Shown one piece after another: positions 52,501-64,000 of a stretch of 64,000 nt of DNA. Numbering within the stretch: the first letter of the stretch is position 1; every line of letters starts with the position of its first letter. The stretch is from Piromyces finnis finn (taxonomy: Eukaryota > Fungi > Neocallimastigomycota), in contig MCFH01000023.1 of assembly GCA_002104945.1 (NCBI GenBank), positions 1 to 64,000 of the forward strand. Reading direction: 5' to 3'. The notes beneath the pieces are model-generated. The model saw only the letters and a program-made list of their open reading frames with translations, did no database searches and was not told where the DNA came from. Both the position numbers and the translations under genes were made by a program.

Positions 52501-55102
52501 TTCATATACTCACATCCTGTTTTAATCCAATGAAGATATTCTTGCTTCCTAAATTCATTACATCTTTTGTGGATGTAATCAATGAGTTTACGGTAGATTT
52601 TAATTCTTTTAATAAATTCATCTATATCATAAATTCTTTCTTTTTTAAATCTCTTATACAACTTCATTTTGATTTTTTGAAGATTAAAAATTTGTTGTGA
52701 AATATGAAATGAAGACTTTATAACATTATTTGCTGAAGTAATACTGAGCTCGTCTGCAATTGAAAAAGCAGTTGAAGTAAACTCTTTGGAAAGTTCATCT
52801 GTTGAAACATTAGGATCGTTGAATTTTGCTGAAAGTATTTGGAATTTATTATGACTGATAATAGATTCCTTTTCCTCAATACATTTTAATCTATTCCATT
52901 TCAGAATTTTCTTAGGAATATTAAAGTCATTAGAAAAATCTTCCATAGGAATAATTTTACCATTAATAAGAAGTGGCTTATGGTCTGAAACAGGATAAAA
53001 ATTATTTATAAATGATCCTGAGTGAATAAGATCTTTCATCTTCGAATTGATAAGAGCATGGTCAATGTCGGAAGATTGATCACCTCGAGTCCAAGAGATA
53101 GTAGACCCTCTAAGCGGAAGAATTTCCCAATCTCCTAATCCATTAGTTGATAACCAGTTGGATAATTTTACTTTAGACATATTAAAATCACCAACAAGAA
53201 TCGATGGATGGGATGAATGAGTTTGTAACCACAAGCGAACTTCTAACTTTGCATGATCAACATAGATGTTGTGATGACTATGAGGCATATAAACATTTCC
53301 AATCGAGCATTTGAATCTATTCCAAAGACTAAAAGTATAAATAGAAATAATATACTTTCCAGAGAAGTTTTCAAGTGAGGCTTGACACGAATTGTGAAAA
53401 CCTAAATATAAACCTCTCATTCCAGGAACTGATTCATCAGCTTTCTTGAAAAAGTGTCTATAGTTTCGCAAAGTAACACGACAAGGATAATCTGTATTTG
53501 ATCCAGAACCATTACCAGTTTCTTGGAAACATAAAAATAATGGTTTGAAAATAGCTGTGAAATAGCTAATACTATCTCTCTTTTCGTGATTCCACCCATT
53601 GGTGTTCCAACTAAGACAAAAAGAAAAGTTATCAGGCTTGTTGGATGAGGAAGAATCGTTGCTATTATTATTATTATTAAAGTCATCGTTACTAATGGAT
53701 GATGCATCAGAGGAATAAGTAGAACTATTACTAGATGGCTGTGAAGCTGAAGAACTATCAACTATTGAACTGTTATTTGAGTTGATAGAACTAATAGAAT
53801 TAATTGTTGAATGTTGAGATTGAAATTGTGTTAGCTGTAGATCTGGAATATTTTCATGATGGGAAACTTGTTGAAGATCTTGTTGAAGATCTTGTTGAAG
53901 ATCGGATTGTTGATGAGATTGTTGAACTGATTGTTGAAATGATTGTTGAATAGAATGTTGATGTTTATTAGAAACTAAAATTTTACGTTTGAGAGTGGAA
54001 AAAGTGTATTTGTGATTCCTTCTACTACGAGCTGAAAAGGAAATTGAGGTAACTGAAAGTTTCTTCTTTAACATGTGTAAGATTTTAATACAATCTTTCG
54101 ATGAACCATGAACCTTGACTAAGAAAAAGTGATCATTGAAAGTCTGAAAATATTTAACACTAATAACTGAATTAAATTTATCTTCTAGAATAACCTCGAG
54201 TTTTTCCCATAACATATTTACTGACCATGATCGAATACCACGGATAAAGAAGGAGCGAATATCATCTAAGGGGATACCATAAGACCGGGTACCACGTCTG
54301 ATATAATTCTTATCTTTAATATAAAGGACTGACATGATAATAAATTCTAATTAAAAAAATATTGAATATAAAATAAATACTAATAAAAATTATAAATATA
54401 ACGTATATGGAAAAAAATCTGTCTCTCTCTCTCTTCTTAAAAGTACTGGATAGTACAAAAATTGTTACGATGCTTTGTTTAAAGTTTCTTTTTTGAATTC
54501 TAGTTGTAAATTTTCTTTAAAAATTCTAGTTTTGGTTTGTTGTTAGTAAATTTGATTCGCTTTTTGACATTAAACTTGTTTGACTTTACTTTTCATTAAA
54601 TATTTAAATTGGTAAAAATTTGAATCAAGAATATCGACACCAGAAAGCTTCTGAATAGTATTTTTACATGATGTAGAGTGAATCAGTCTCTTACAAGAAC
54701 AATACAACAATAGCTACATGAATATAAAAATACAACGCAAATGCTAAAGTTGACTACATTGGATTCTTACAAGAGAAGAGTAGTACTACAAGAATACATG
54801 AATAAAAGAAAAAATACAGCAACAAAATGTATTACTCTTCTAATTAAATACTATACAAACTTACCTGAATATCAAACATTCAACTTATTCATCAAATACT
54901 TAAATTCGATGAATAAAATGTTTTTTAATCGCTCAGTACCATGAGCTTAGTCCTAATAATTTTCCCTTAAGACTAACCAAGCATCCATTGCGCAATACTT
55001 GGATTTAATTCTTTCTACTCTCTCAGTACCATGAGCATGCATGAGTAGACCCCCTTGAGAAACTACATTTATTAAATAAATGAAGGCACGTTCCCAAGAG
55101 GG
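49546..55102 (-). mobile_element. LINE copy 3, full length (~5.56 kb), single long APE-RT ORF with small frameshifts near its 3' end
   Basis: 1193-aa ORF with APE (WNTNG, FQET, GDFN, SDH) and RT; C-terminal CPCC..H..C; poly(T) from 49546; TSD AAAGATAAAACA at 49534-49545 and 55103-55114. Confidence 0.96.
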
Positions 55103-55875
55103 AAAGATAAAACATAGTCAGATAAAATATTTATAATATAAATGCTGCCTAATATTTTTATAAATATATGAATTTATGAATACAATTTATTATAGCTATA
55201 ATTATAATAATATATTCAAATATTAATATATATGGTAATTTTAGTTGTCTTTCAAATAAAAAAAAGTATGCATTATCATTATATGTTACTTCTAGTATAT
55301 TTAGTGATGGCTATAAAATAACTGTAAATTATTTATGTAATTACAATTTTGCACTTTAAAATAAAATAATAATACAATTATGTTTTTTTTTTTAACTAAA
55401 AAATATTAAAAACTTGAAGAAATACAAGTATTCTAATCAAGAAAAAAAAAAAAAAAAAATTTAAAATGCTTCAACTACACGTTAGCAACTACATATTCAG
55501 AAAATATTAAAAAACAACTAAGGAATATATACACAATATGTATCTTGCCTTTTAGTAGTAAATATTACATATATAAAAAAATTAATTGAAAATAATAATA
55601 AAAAAATTATTACCAAAATAAATTTCACATATCTTAAAATTTTTAAATCCCATTTAATAATAAAAATCAGTAATTTTTATAAGAAATGTATAAATAAAAA
55701 TTAAAAAAAAAAAAAAATATATATTTATTATATTTTTCTTTATATATTAATATTACATTTTTAAAATTTTTGTTACTTTTTTTTTTCTTTATTTTTTCTC
55801 TCTCTATTTTTTGTATATTTATATATTTTTAAATTTGTTCATTTTCAATCTACATCTTACATATATTTTAGTAAT

Positions 55876-57876
55876 TTAGCATGTAATCCAAACATCATCA
55901 TTATCACCAACAAAAACGTTGTAAATCCAACTAGCTTTTATACTACCAATTTCTTCCTGTTTTTCTTTGTCATTATAATAAGTGATATAATTATACATTG
56001 AAAATTTTCCTCTACTAAAATCTGGAAGGGAATCATTAGTAGATAAGTTTGTTGTACTAGTATATTTAAAAGGTTCAAAGAAAATATAATCAGCATATGG
56101 ATTAATATTACTTAAAATTTCATATTTTCTAGCACCATTAAGACTTTCAATTCTTATCTTTTTATCATACTTAATTTCTTCACCATTATCATCATAATAA
56201 AGACATTCGATAAATCCATTAATTTGAACTTTTTGATTATATGGATTTAATGTATAATAGTTCATAGGACCATTTGAAACTAAGTTAACTTTACATAAGT
56301 TTTTATTATATATAACATATCCTCCAAAATTAAATGTTTTGTTTTCTATTTCGGCATAAGTAATACTATTAATTTTATCATTGCATTTATTTACTGGTAC
56401 ATTAGTAGGTTCCGGAATTTTAGTTGTAACAGTGATTGATGTGTTTACACTATTTTTGTTTTTATTTATTAAGTTTTTGATTTTTAATAAATGTTCTTCC
56501 TTACCACATAAATCTTCTTTAACAGAGGATATAAGTGAAGGTTTAACCTTGTATTCAATTTTATTTAAACAATCCTTTTTAATTATTTCATTATATTTAT
56601 TAGTAATAAATAAACTAGATTCTTCTTTATAACTTAATAATACGAAATCATCTTTTTTTTCTTTTTTATACTCCAAATTTTGTTTTCCCTTTAAATCAAT
56701 ACACAATTTTTCGTTTGAGCTATTAACCATTTTAACTTCATATACCTTTTCTATTTCCATAATATAAATTCCAAATTGAATTGAAAGATTTTTTTCTATG
56801 GTTATATTGTACTTTTCTACATTATCGTTCAAGTATAATTTTCCACAGTACATTATCGAATTAATATTGAAAGTTTTTTCATTAAAGTAAAAATCTGATA
56901 ATATACATTTATCATACATTATATTTTCTTGAAAGTAAACTATATTAAAGTTTGAATTATCAATAGTTATTTCGTTTTTACAATAATTTGTTGGTAAACT
57001 TTCTATAGTGCTAGTTTTAGTAATAGAAGTTGATGAACTTTCTATAGTGCTAGTTTTAGTAATAGAAGTTGTTGGTGAGCTTTCCATTGTACTATCTTCA
57101 ATTATAGAAGTTGGTAAACTTTCTATAGTGCTAGTTTTAGTAATAGAAGTTGATGAACTTTCTATAGTGCTAGTTTTAGTAATAGAAGTTTTTGGTGAGC
57201 TTTCCATTGTACTATCTTCAATTATAGAAGTTGATGAACTTTCTATAGTGCTAGTTTTAGTAATAGAAGTTTTTGGTGAGCTTTCCATTGTACTATCTTC
57301 AATTATAGAAGTTGATGAACTTTCTATAGTGCTAGTTTTAGTAATAGAAGTTGTTGGTGAGCTTTCCATTGTACTATCTTCAATTATAGAAGTTGATGAA
57401 CTTTCCATAGTGCTAGTTTTAGTAATAGAAGTTGTTGGTGAGCTTTCCATTGTACTATCTTCAATTATAGAAGTTGATGAACTTTCCATAGTGCTAGTTT
57501 TAGTAATAGAAGTTGTTGGTGAGCTTTCCATTGTACTATCTTCAATTATAGAAGTTGATGAACTTTCCATAGTGTCATCTTCAGTAGTAGATGTTGTTGG
57601 TAAACTTTCCATAATATCATCTTCAGTAGTAGAAGTTGGTAAAGCTTTGCTTATGTCTAAAAATTCATCTTCTAATTCTGTTTCGGAAGATGATAATATG
57701 TCATAAGAAACTGTTTTTGTGAAAACAGAGTTTTTATTCACTGTTAAATTTAAAACATTTCCATTTTTATTATTTTCATTTTTGATATTTTTTTTTTTAA
57801 CGTAACATTTTTTGGTACTTACAGAGTTTAAAAACAATAAAGTATTAAAGATTAGAAATAAAATGTTAAAGTTCAT
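55876..57876 (-). CDS. Secreted Ser/Thr-rich mucin-like protein with unknown Cys-containing C-terminal domains (666 aa)
   Basis: N-terminal signal peptide, long intact ORF, internal tandem repeats. Confidence 0.8.
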   Translation of the reverse strand: MNFNILFLIFNTLLFLNSVSTKKCYVKKKNIKNENNKNGNVLNLTVNKNSVFTKTVSYDILSSSETELEDEFLDISKALPTSTTEDDIMESLPTTSTTEDDTMESSSTSIIEDSTMESSPTTSITKTSTMESSSTSIIEDSTMESSPTTSITKTSTMESSSTSIIEDSTMESSPTTSITKTSTIESSSTSIIEDSTMESSPKTSITKTSTIESSSTSIIEDSTMESSPKTSITKTSTIESSSTSITKTSTIESLPTSIIEDSTMESSPTTSITKTSTIESSSTSITKTSTIESLPTNYCKNEITIDNSNFNIVYFQENIMYDKCILSDFYFNEKTFNINSIMYCGKLYLNDNVEKYNITIEKNLSIQFGIYIMEIEKVYEVKMVNSSNEKLCIDLKGKQNLEYKKEKKDDFVLLSYKEESSLFITNKYNEIIKKDCLNKIEYKVKPSLISSVKEDLCGKEEHLLKIKNLINKNKNSVNTSITVTTKIPEPTNVPVNKCNDKINSITYAEIENKTFNFGGYVIYNKNLCKVNLVSNGPMNYYTLNPYNQKVQINGFIECLYYDDNGEEIKYDKKIRIESLNGARKYEILSNINPYADYIFFEPFKYTSTTNLSTNDSLPDFSRGKFSMYNYITYYNDKEKQEEIGSIKASWIYNVFVGDNDDVWITC
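56990..57640 (-). repeat. Coding tandem repeat with an 81-nt higher-order unit (42+39 nt subunits)
   Basis: Unit ESSPTTSITKTSTMESSSTSIIEDSTM; period measured 57361 to 57442. Confidence 0.9.
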
Positions 57877-58297
57877 TTTATTAGATTTTTATATTTCAAT
57901 AATACTTTATTTTTATAGAAAATATTTTAGGTACTTTTTATGTTTGTATAGTAAGTACTACAATTTTTTTTATTAAATATTTTTAAAGTACTATTTACTC
58001 TTTTTTATAAAAAGTTTTTTTTTTTCATTATAAAATATATAATATAAAATATATTATTAATATTAATTAAATAATATATATAAGCATATTTAATTCATTG
58101 TATTTTTTAAAATATAAAATTATATTACATTAGTAAAAAAAAGATAGTTTTCGTTATTCGACCATTTATTATTAAAGTAATATTCAAAATAATAATGCAT
58201 AAAAATATTTTATATCTAATTTTTTTTATAAAAAACTATAATACATATATAATATAATAAAATAATATAAAATATCAAATACACTCTTTTCACTTAA

Positions 58298-60360
58298 TTA
58301 TTTAACCAGACATTTAGATTCATTATTTTTAGACTCTTTAGATGATAAATGTTTTCTTTTGTTATTTCCAGATTCTTTAAAAGATACCTGTTCTGACTTT
58401 CTTTTATTATTTCCAAAACCTTCTTCAGGTATTATATATTCTAATTCACTAACATCTACTTCTATACTATTAGGCTTATCAACTCTATAATCTGATTCAG
58501 TTTCTCTTTCATTATATCCAAATTTTATAGATGATACATGCTTTTTTTTGTTATTTCTAAACCTAAACCTTTCTTTATGTGCTTCATGTAATATATACTC
58601 CAATTCATTAGCATTCACTTCTGTATTATTACGTTTATCAATTCTGCAATTAGATCTAATTTCACCTTCATTATTTCTAGATTTTACAGATGATATCATT
58701 TCTTCTATTTCACTAATATTTGCTTGTACATTATTAGATTTTTTAAGTGATTTAATTTCCATTATACGATCACATTTTTATTATTATACAAGAATAATTT
58801 TTACTTGGCTTGTTAAAATTTATTCCAACTAATAAAATATTTCCTGTATATGCTTTTTCAATATTATTAAAATATCTATTTTCGTATATTTGACTAATTA
58901 CTCTCTTTGTTGAACCATATAATTTTAATTCTATTATAATTATTTTTTCTCTCCTATTTTTAGGATAAAAGATATAATCAACAAATCCTTCGCCGCTTCT
59001 TTCTTTCTCTTTAATTTCATAGATTTCATTTGCTGAAAAGTATGCAAAATCAATAACTCGTTTTAAATTACCATGATCAATTTTGTCTTCTGCTTTTTTT
59101 TTTTTCTCTTGTACTTCTTCTAATAATTTTCTTAAACCTTTTGTTGTCATTTTTTAATGTACTTTCCAATATTTTTTTTTGAATTTTTAATTAATTCATA
59201 ATAATATTCTGTCTCATCATCTTTTCTATTTAAAACTTTTATGAATTTTTCTTTCAATTCTTCATTTGGAATAGAAATTTTTTTATTATAATAGGTTAAA
59301 AATCCAAAAGCAACCATTTTTGAATATAATTCTTTTTTCATTTCATCATTACTTTTTCCCTTTCCCTTTAAATCCTTTTGTATATCTTCTACTCCATAAT
59401 TTTCTAATTCTGTGGCTATTTTTTTCCTCTTAATTAATTCTAAAATTTCATCCTTTACACTATTTATTTTAAAGTTTATTATATCTGATACATCCGCAAA
59501 GCGTCCTGTTTCTGTCTAATAATTATTAATCGAATTACATTTTAATACTTGAAATACTGACCATGTGTTGAATATTTTTTCACCATTATAACTTTTATAT
59601 CCATTATACCACTTTTCTAAATCATCATATTTTATTATTTTATTTCTTATACAAAGAAGTCGAACTTCTTCTTCTGTAAAACCAAAATATTTATAATATA
59701 TTTTATCGTTCAACATAGAATACTCATTAAAACAACTAAGTGATTATTGATTTGATTGCTTTGCTATTGGTAATATTCCTGTCATATAAACAAAAGCGAA
59801 ACATGATTGACCTTTTATTAAATTACTTATTGCTTTTATTAAAGACTATATTTTTTTTTTAAGTAATTTAAAAAAAAATATAGTCTTTAATAAAAGCATT
59901 AACATTTTTTATCTCCTTCTTATATTCTTCCTTATTTTTATCTTTGTCTATTTCCTCAAGATCAGAAAATTTTACATTAATCGTATAATCCCATTCATCA
60001 ATAATTAATATAAACCTTTTTTTTAATTCAAAAGATAAATCTTTTATATTATCAATTATATTATCATTATACATATCTTCATTTAATAATTTAAGACCTG
60101 GAAATAAATTTTCAATATCGTTTTTAAATCTTTTATTTATATATTTTAAATAATTATCCATTTCTTTATATTTGGTGACAAATTTGGAAAAATCAAAATA
60201 TAAAGTATGATATTTTTTTTTTTTTGATATTCTCTATAGTTTTTTTATCTTTTTTTTCTTTCTGATATTCTTCATATTCCATTTTTTTTTAATTCAATCT
60301 TTTTTACTTTCTGAAATTTTTCAGAGTCTATTTTTTTTAATTTAATTTCTTTTATTTTCA
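58298..60360 (-). pseudogene. AAA-ATPase-like / PD-(D/E)XK nuclease pseudogene, second subfamily
   Basis: FILIIDEWD, MTGILPI, YFGFTEEEV, WYNGY, FNTWSV, SGEGFVDYIFYP..IIIELK..LLVGINF spread over frameshifted ORFs. Confidence 0.85.
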
Positions 60361-60489
60361 GAAATTCATCATTATTTTTCTTTTCTAATTCAATTTGTAG
60401 TTGAAAACTAATATTAACTAACTTCTAATCTATATCTAAATTTATATATTTTTTATTTTATTTTATAAACATTATTTTAATTTAAATAT

Positions 60490-62994
60490 TCAATTATCAT
60501 TTAATTCAATAGAATTCTCATTCCAGAGATTAAAGTAATATAATTGAGTATTATTATTAAATTCATTACAATCAGTCATAACTAAAGTATTATTAGTATC
60601 TAATGTAATACACATATTTTTATATAATGGAGACATAATATAATTACTATTACGATAAAATTTAGTTCTTTCATTTCCACAAATACCTAAAATTAAGGAA
60701 AGATCATCGGCAAGCATTAGACAATGATCATTATTAAATTTTAAGTGGAAATAATCATCATGTGTATATGGAACATCCCAGAGAAAATATTCTGAGTAAT
60801 CACATTCATTCAAGGTAATATTATCATTAAGTACACCATTGGAATGAATACATTTATTTGGATTAACAGATGAACAACAATGATATCCTAATACTTCAAA
60901 TGAACATCTTTCATACCCAATACCACACCATTCACCATTTTCTTTAGCCCAGTTACCATAATTATCAACTTTTTCAACTTTAGCATATTGATTACGGCAA
61001 CAGTTATATCCAGCCTTAATATAATTTGAAGAGCAAGTTAAATATTGATATCTTGCTGGATTTATAATTGTGGGTTTAATTTGGAATTTACTATTTAAAC
61101 AGTAACTACTATTGCGTGAACAAATATTTCCATTCATAATACTAAATTGCACATTTTGACTATTATCACAATAATTTACTGATAATTTATTATTAGAATA
61201 GCTTAAACATTTAGCATCATATGAAGATTTAATGTTATAATAATTACCTATTGGCATAATACGCCATTTGTTCTTTTTGTTGTCAACGCATTTGAAATTG
61301 GTTTTAATAAATTCTACTTCATATCCTTGTTGAGTTTTCACCGTTCTACGTTGTAAACAAGCATTTTCTGCAGATACTATATAATAATCAAAATCTGTAT
61401 ACATAACAAAATCATCTATTCCAACAATATTAGTGGATTTATTTCTTTTGACTAATGTAATTGTACCCATACTTTTGTATATTTTACGTACTAAATCATT
61501 AGTAGGATAATCTAGAATAAACCAATGGTTATGAAATTTTGTATCTTCTTTAATATAATTTGATAAAAAATAGTTCATTACATCAGCATTATGTTCTAAA
61601 CTTATTAAATTAAACATATCAGCTTGTATGTTCATGAAATCAATAGTAAGAGTTTTTGGATTTTTTGAATCATAAAAAGAATTAGTAAAATTATTATTTG
61701 CAGCATATTCAATATCATTAAGTATAATTGGAACTTTATGATCCAAGAGATTTTCAACAAGTTTTGGTTTTCCTGTTTGTAAATCATAATTATCTTGAAC
61801 AAGTATATTATGGTTATTATTATGAATATGAGGATAACATTTTTTCATATATTCTTTATCAGAAACTGGATATTCTTCACAACTACCCATATTTGGTATA
61901 TTAATTTCATTTCCTATATATTCATCTATATTATTACCATACATCCATTTTTTACGCGTTAATAAAATTATTTTGCCTCTTACATCACCAAGTTTTGGAA
62001 AACTTTCCTTTCCACTATAGAAAAACTCTTTATATGATTTGAAGAAAGAAGTAGGAACAGTTTTTAATATACTGAGATTGGCAATTGCTTTGTATACTTC
62101 TTCATATGTTTCAAATCCATATGGAATTGTAGTTATTGAACCATGCATATAATCAGGATATTCTATGGGTTTACCTACTTGAATATTTTAATTTTTTAAA
62201 TGAATAATAATGGTTTCTCCTGGATTATTACCTAGAAATACAATAGCTTCATCAAATACATCTTTTAAATAATATTTCTTTCCTGTATCTCTATTCATAC
62301 AATCAAATACAAGGTGCGAAAGATATATTTCCTTATTTTTGTTTGTTTCAATTCTTATATCAAAATATCTGATTCCATTCATCATTTGTCCAAAAATATT
62401 TAATTCTTGAGTTCTACCAAGACTTACTCGAGCATTATAAATATTAACACCAGTATCTCCTATTGCATATGTTCCACTATCATAAGTTCCAGGAATGTTA
62501 AGTTGATTAATTTGTATATTATCATCCGTAATTTTAGTTATTCATTGAATATCGTTGTCATTAATTTTAAATGTACACCATCCATATTCAGTTAAAGCAC
62601 GCTTATCTGTTAAATCAATATCATAATAAGGAACCTTATCTATGGTAAGCATCTTATTGTAAGTTTCACCGCCAATTCCAGTATTTGTAAAATAACACTT
62701 ATTTCTATTAATATCAACATAACCTTTAGTCTTACAATCACCAGGATCATCTCTACTTCTTGGACCAAATTTCTTATCAGTATGCTCATTTCTAAGATAG
62801 CAATCATATATATCATCAGTAAAAATACCTGTATCACATTGTTTACAAATATACACTTTACTATAATCATCTTCACCAATAAGTAAATAAGCTTTAGTTG
62901 TTGTACCATCTAATTCATAATATTGATCTTGATCTTTTACACCCAACACATTTCTAACTAGTGCAATTGCAATAATAGCAGAAAAAAATATCAT
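60490..62994 (-). pseudogene. Secreted PI-PLC X-domain + ricin-type lectin + fungal dockerin + lectin protein; one 834-codon frame with two in-frame stops
   Basis: INQLNIPGTYDSG, GIRYFDIR, ETIIIHLK, GDVRGKIILLTR, QDNYD; dockerin GYNCC..VDNYGNWAKENGEWCGI; stops at 62542-62544 (TGA) and 62188-62190 (TAA). Confidence 0.85.
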
Positions 62995-63349
62995 TTTATG
63001 AGTCTATAATTTCGAATTTAGAAATTATATTATTTATTGGATTAATATTTATAGTTATCTTAAATAACTTTTTTTTATAAATTAAAAACATAAAAAATCA
63101 TTTTATATTTAAATACATATTTAAATAATATCTTATTTAATTATTATAATATATATATATATATAATGTTTATATTTATATATAATGTTTATATATAATA
63201 CTTAATGTTAGTTTATATATAAGAATTAAATTAATAATGAAATTAATATTTCATTATAGTTTGAATTGTTAATAAAATTTATTTTTAAAAAATACTCACT
63301 AAATTTCTTTTACATATTAAATTTATTGAATATATTTAATAGATTTAAT

Positions 63350-64000
63350 TTAAACATTATTAAATTTTTTAGAAGATTTAGCATCTTTATATTTAAAAAA
63401 GCAAGAACAACAACAATAACAAATTCCAAGATTTGCAATAAAAATCAAAAATCCCAAACAATACAAAAAATTATATAAAGAGTGTAAACTACGTAATTCA
63501 CCATTTCCTTCAACTTTATCTTTTCCTTCAACTTCATCAATAGGTCTGTAGCACTCTCCATTACATTCACCTTCTGAACAATCATTATCATTCACACAAG
63601 GATCTCCAATAAATCTTCCCTTACGACCATATCGAAGACGTGTGATAATATTATTTTCATTGAATTTACAAGTATGGTTTACACATTTATTTGTAAAACA
63701 TTGAGCATCTTTATTACATTCAGTTGAAGTATTATTGCTTATAATAGGATCAAGATACCGAACATATGGATGCAAAATATACCTGTTGAATTGAATTTCC
63801 GAAAAATTACATATTCCGCAATCTGTATTGTTGTCGTTTAATCGTAAAGTATTAGTATTAATTGGAATTTCAATAAATGGTAAATAAAAAAATTCATCAG
63901 CTTTAAAACAAAATGAACCTCTGCATATAATATCCTAATTATATGCAGAGGGTTGTATAGGGTTGTATCACAAAATACGCATTCAATAGAATTAGTATTC
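63350..64000 (-). pseudogene. Cys-rich membrane protein family member, 5' end outside the window, frameshifted by a 32-nt insertion
   Basis: Near-identical core to ORF 28278-29006 (SNNTSTECNKDAQCFTNKCVNHTCKFNENNIITRLRYGRKG). Confidence 0.75.

Noticed and set aside
56990-57640. Regular repeats that might suggest a CRISPR-like array
   Set aside because: Contiguous in-frame coding repeats without unique spacers; eukaryotic context

Overview
Extremely AT-rich eukaryotic DNA, almost certainly from an anaerobic gut fungus (Neocallimastigomycota). This is inferred from a fungal dockerin (CBM10-type) module, CBM18/CBM1 fusions to bacterial-type catalytic domains, expanded AAA-ATPase/PD-(D/E)XK and ankyrin genes, and AT-rich GT-AG introns. 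The window is an accessory, repeat-rich region. It holds (i) the 3' half of a Ty3/gypsy chromovirus with a nested solo LTR; both LTRs carry a tRNA-spaced A-box/B-box pair and a covarying hairpin. (ii) An intronless virus-like block next to it has an RNA polymerase Rpb1 C-terminal-type ORF cut by the LTR and a frameshifted ~740-codon gene resembling the large subunit of a nucleocytovirus early transcription factor. (iii) There are three copies of one APE-RT LINE family (5'-truncated, RT-deleted, full-length), all with target-site duplications; the two 5'-complete copies retain an apparent spliceosomal intron and a structured leader. (iv) A 494-bp poly(A) non-autonomous element shares a 5' splice-donor motif and a covarying 3' hairpin with that LINE. 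(v) Apparently intact genes encode a six-hevein/phage-tail-lysozyme fusion, a CE4 deacetylase, a CBM1-SGNH esterase and a mucin-like protein. (vi) Many pseudogenes or fragments are present (AAA-nuclease x4, PI-PLC-lectin-dockerin x3, Cys-rich membrane family x4). All family assignments come from motif recognition by eye; no database search was run. Many frameshifts fall in homopolymer runs and may be sequencing errors.
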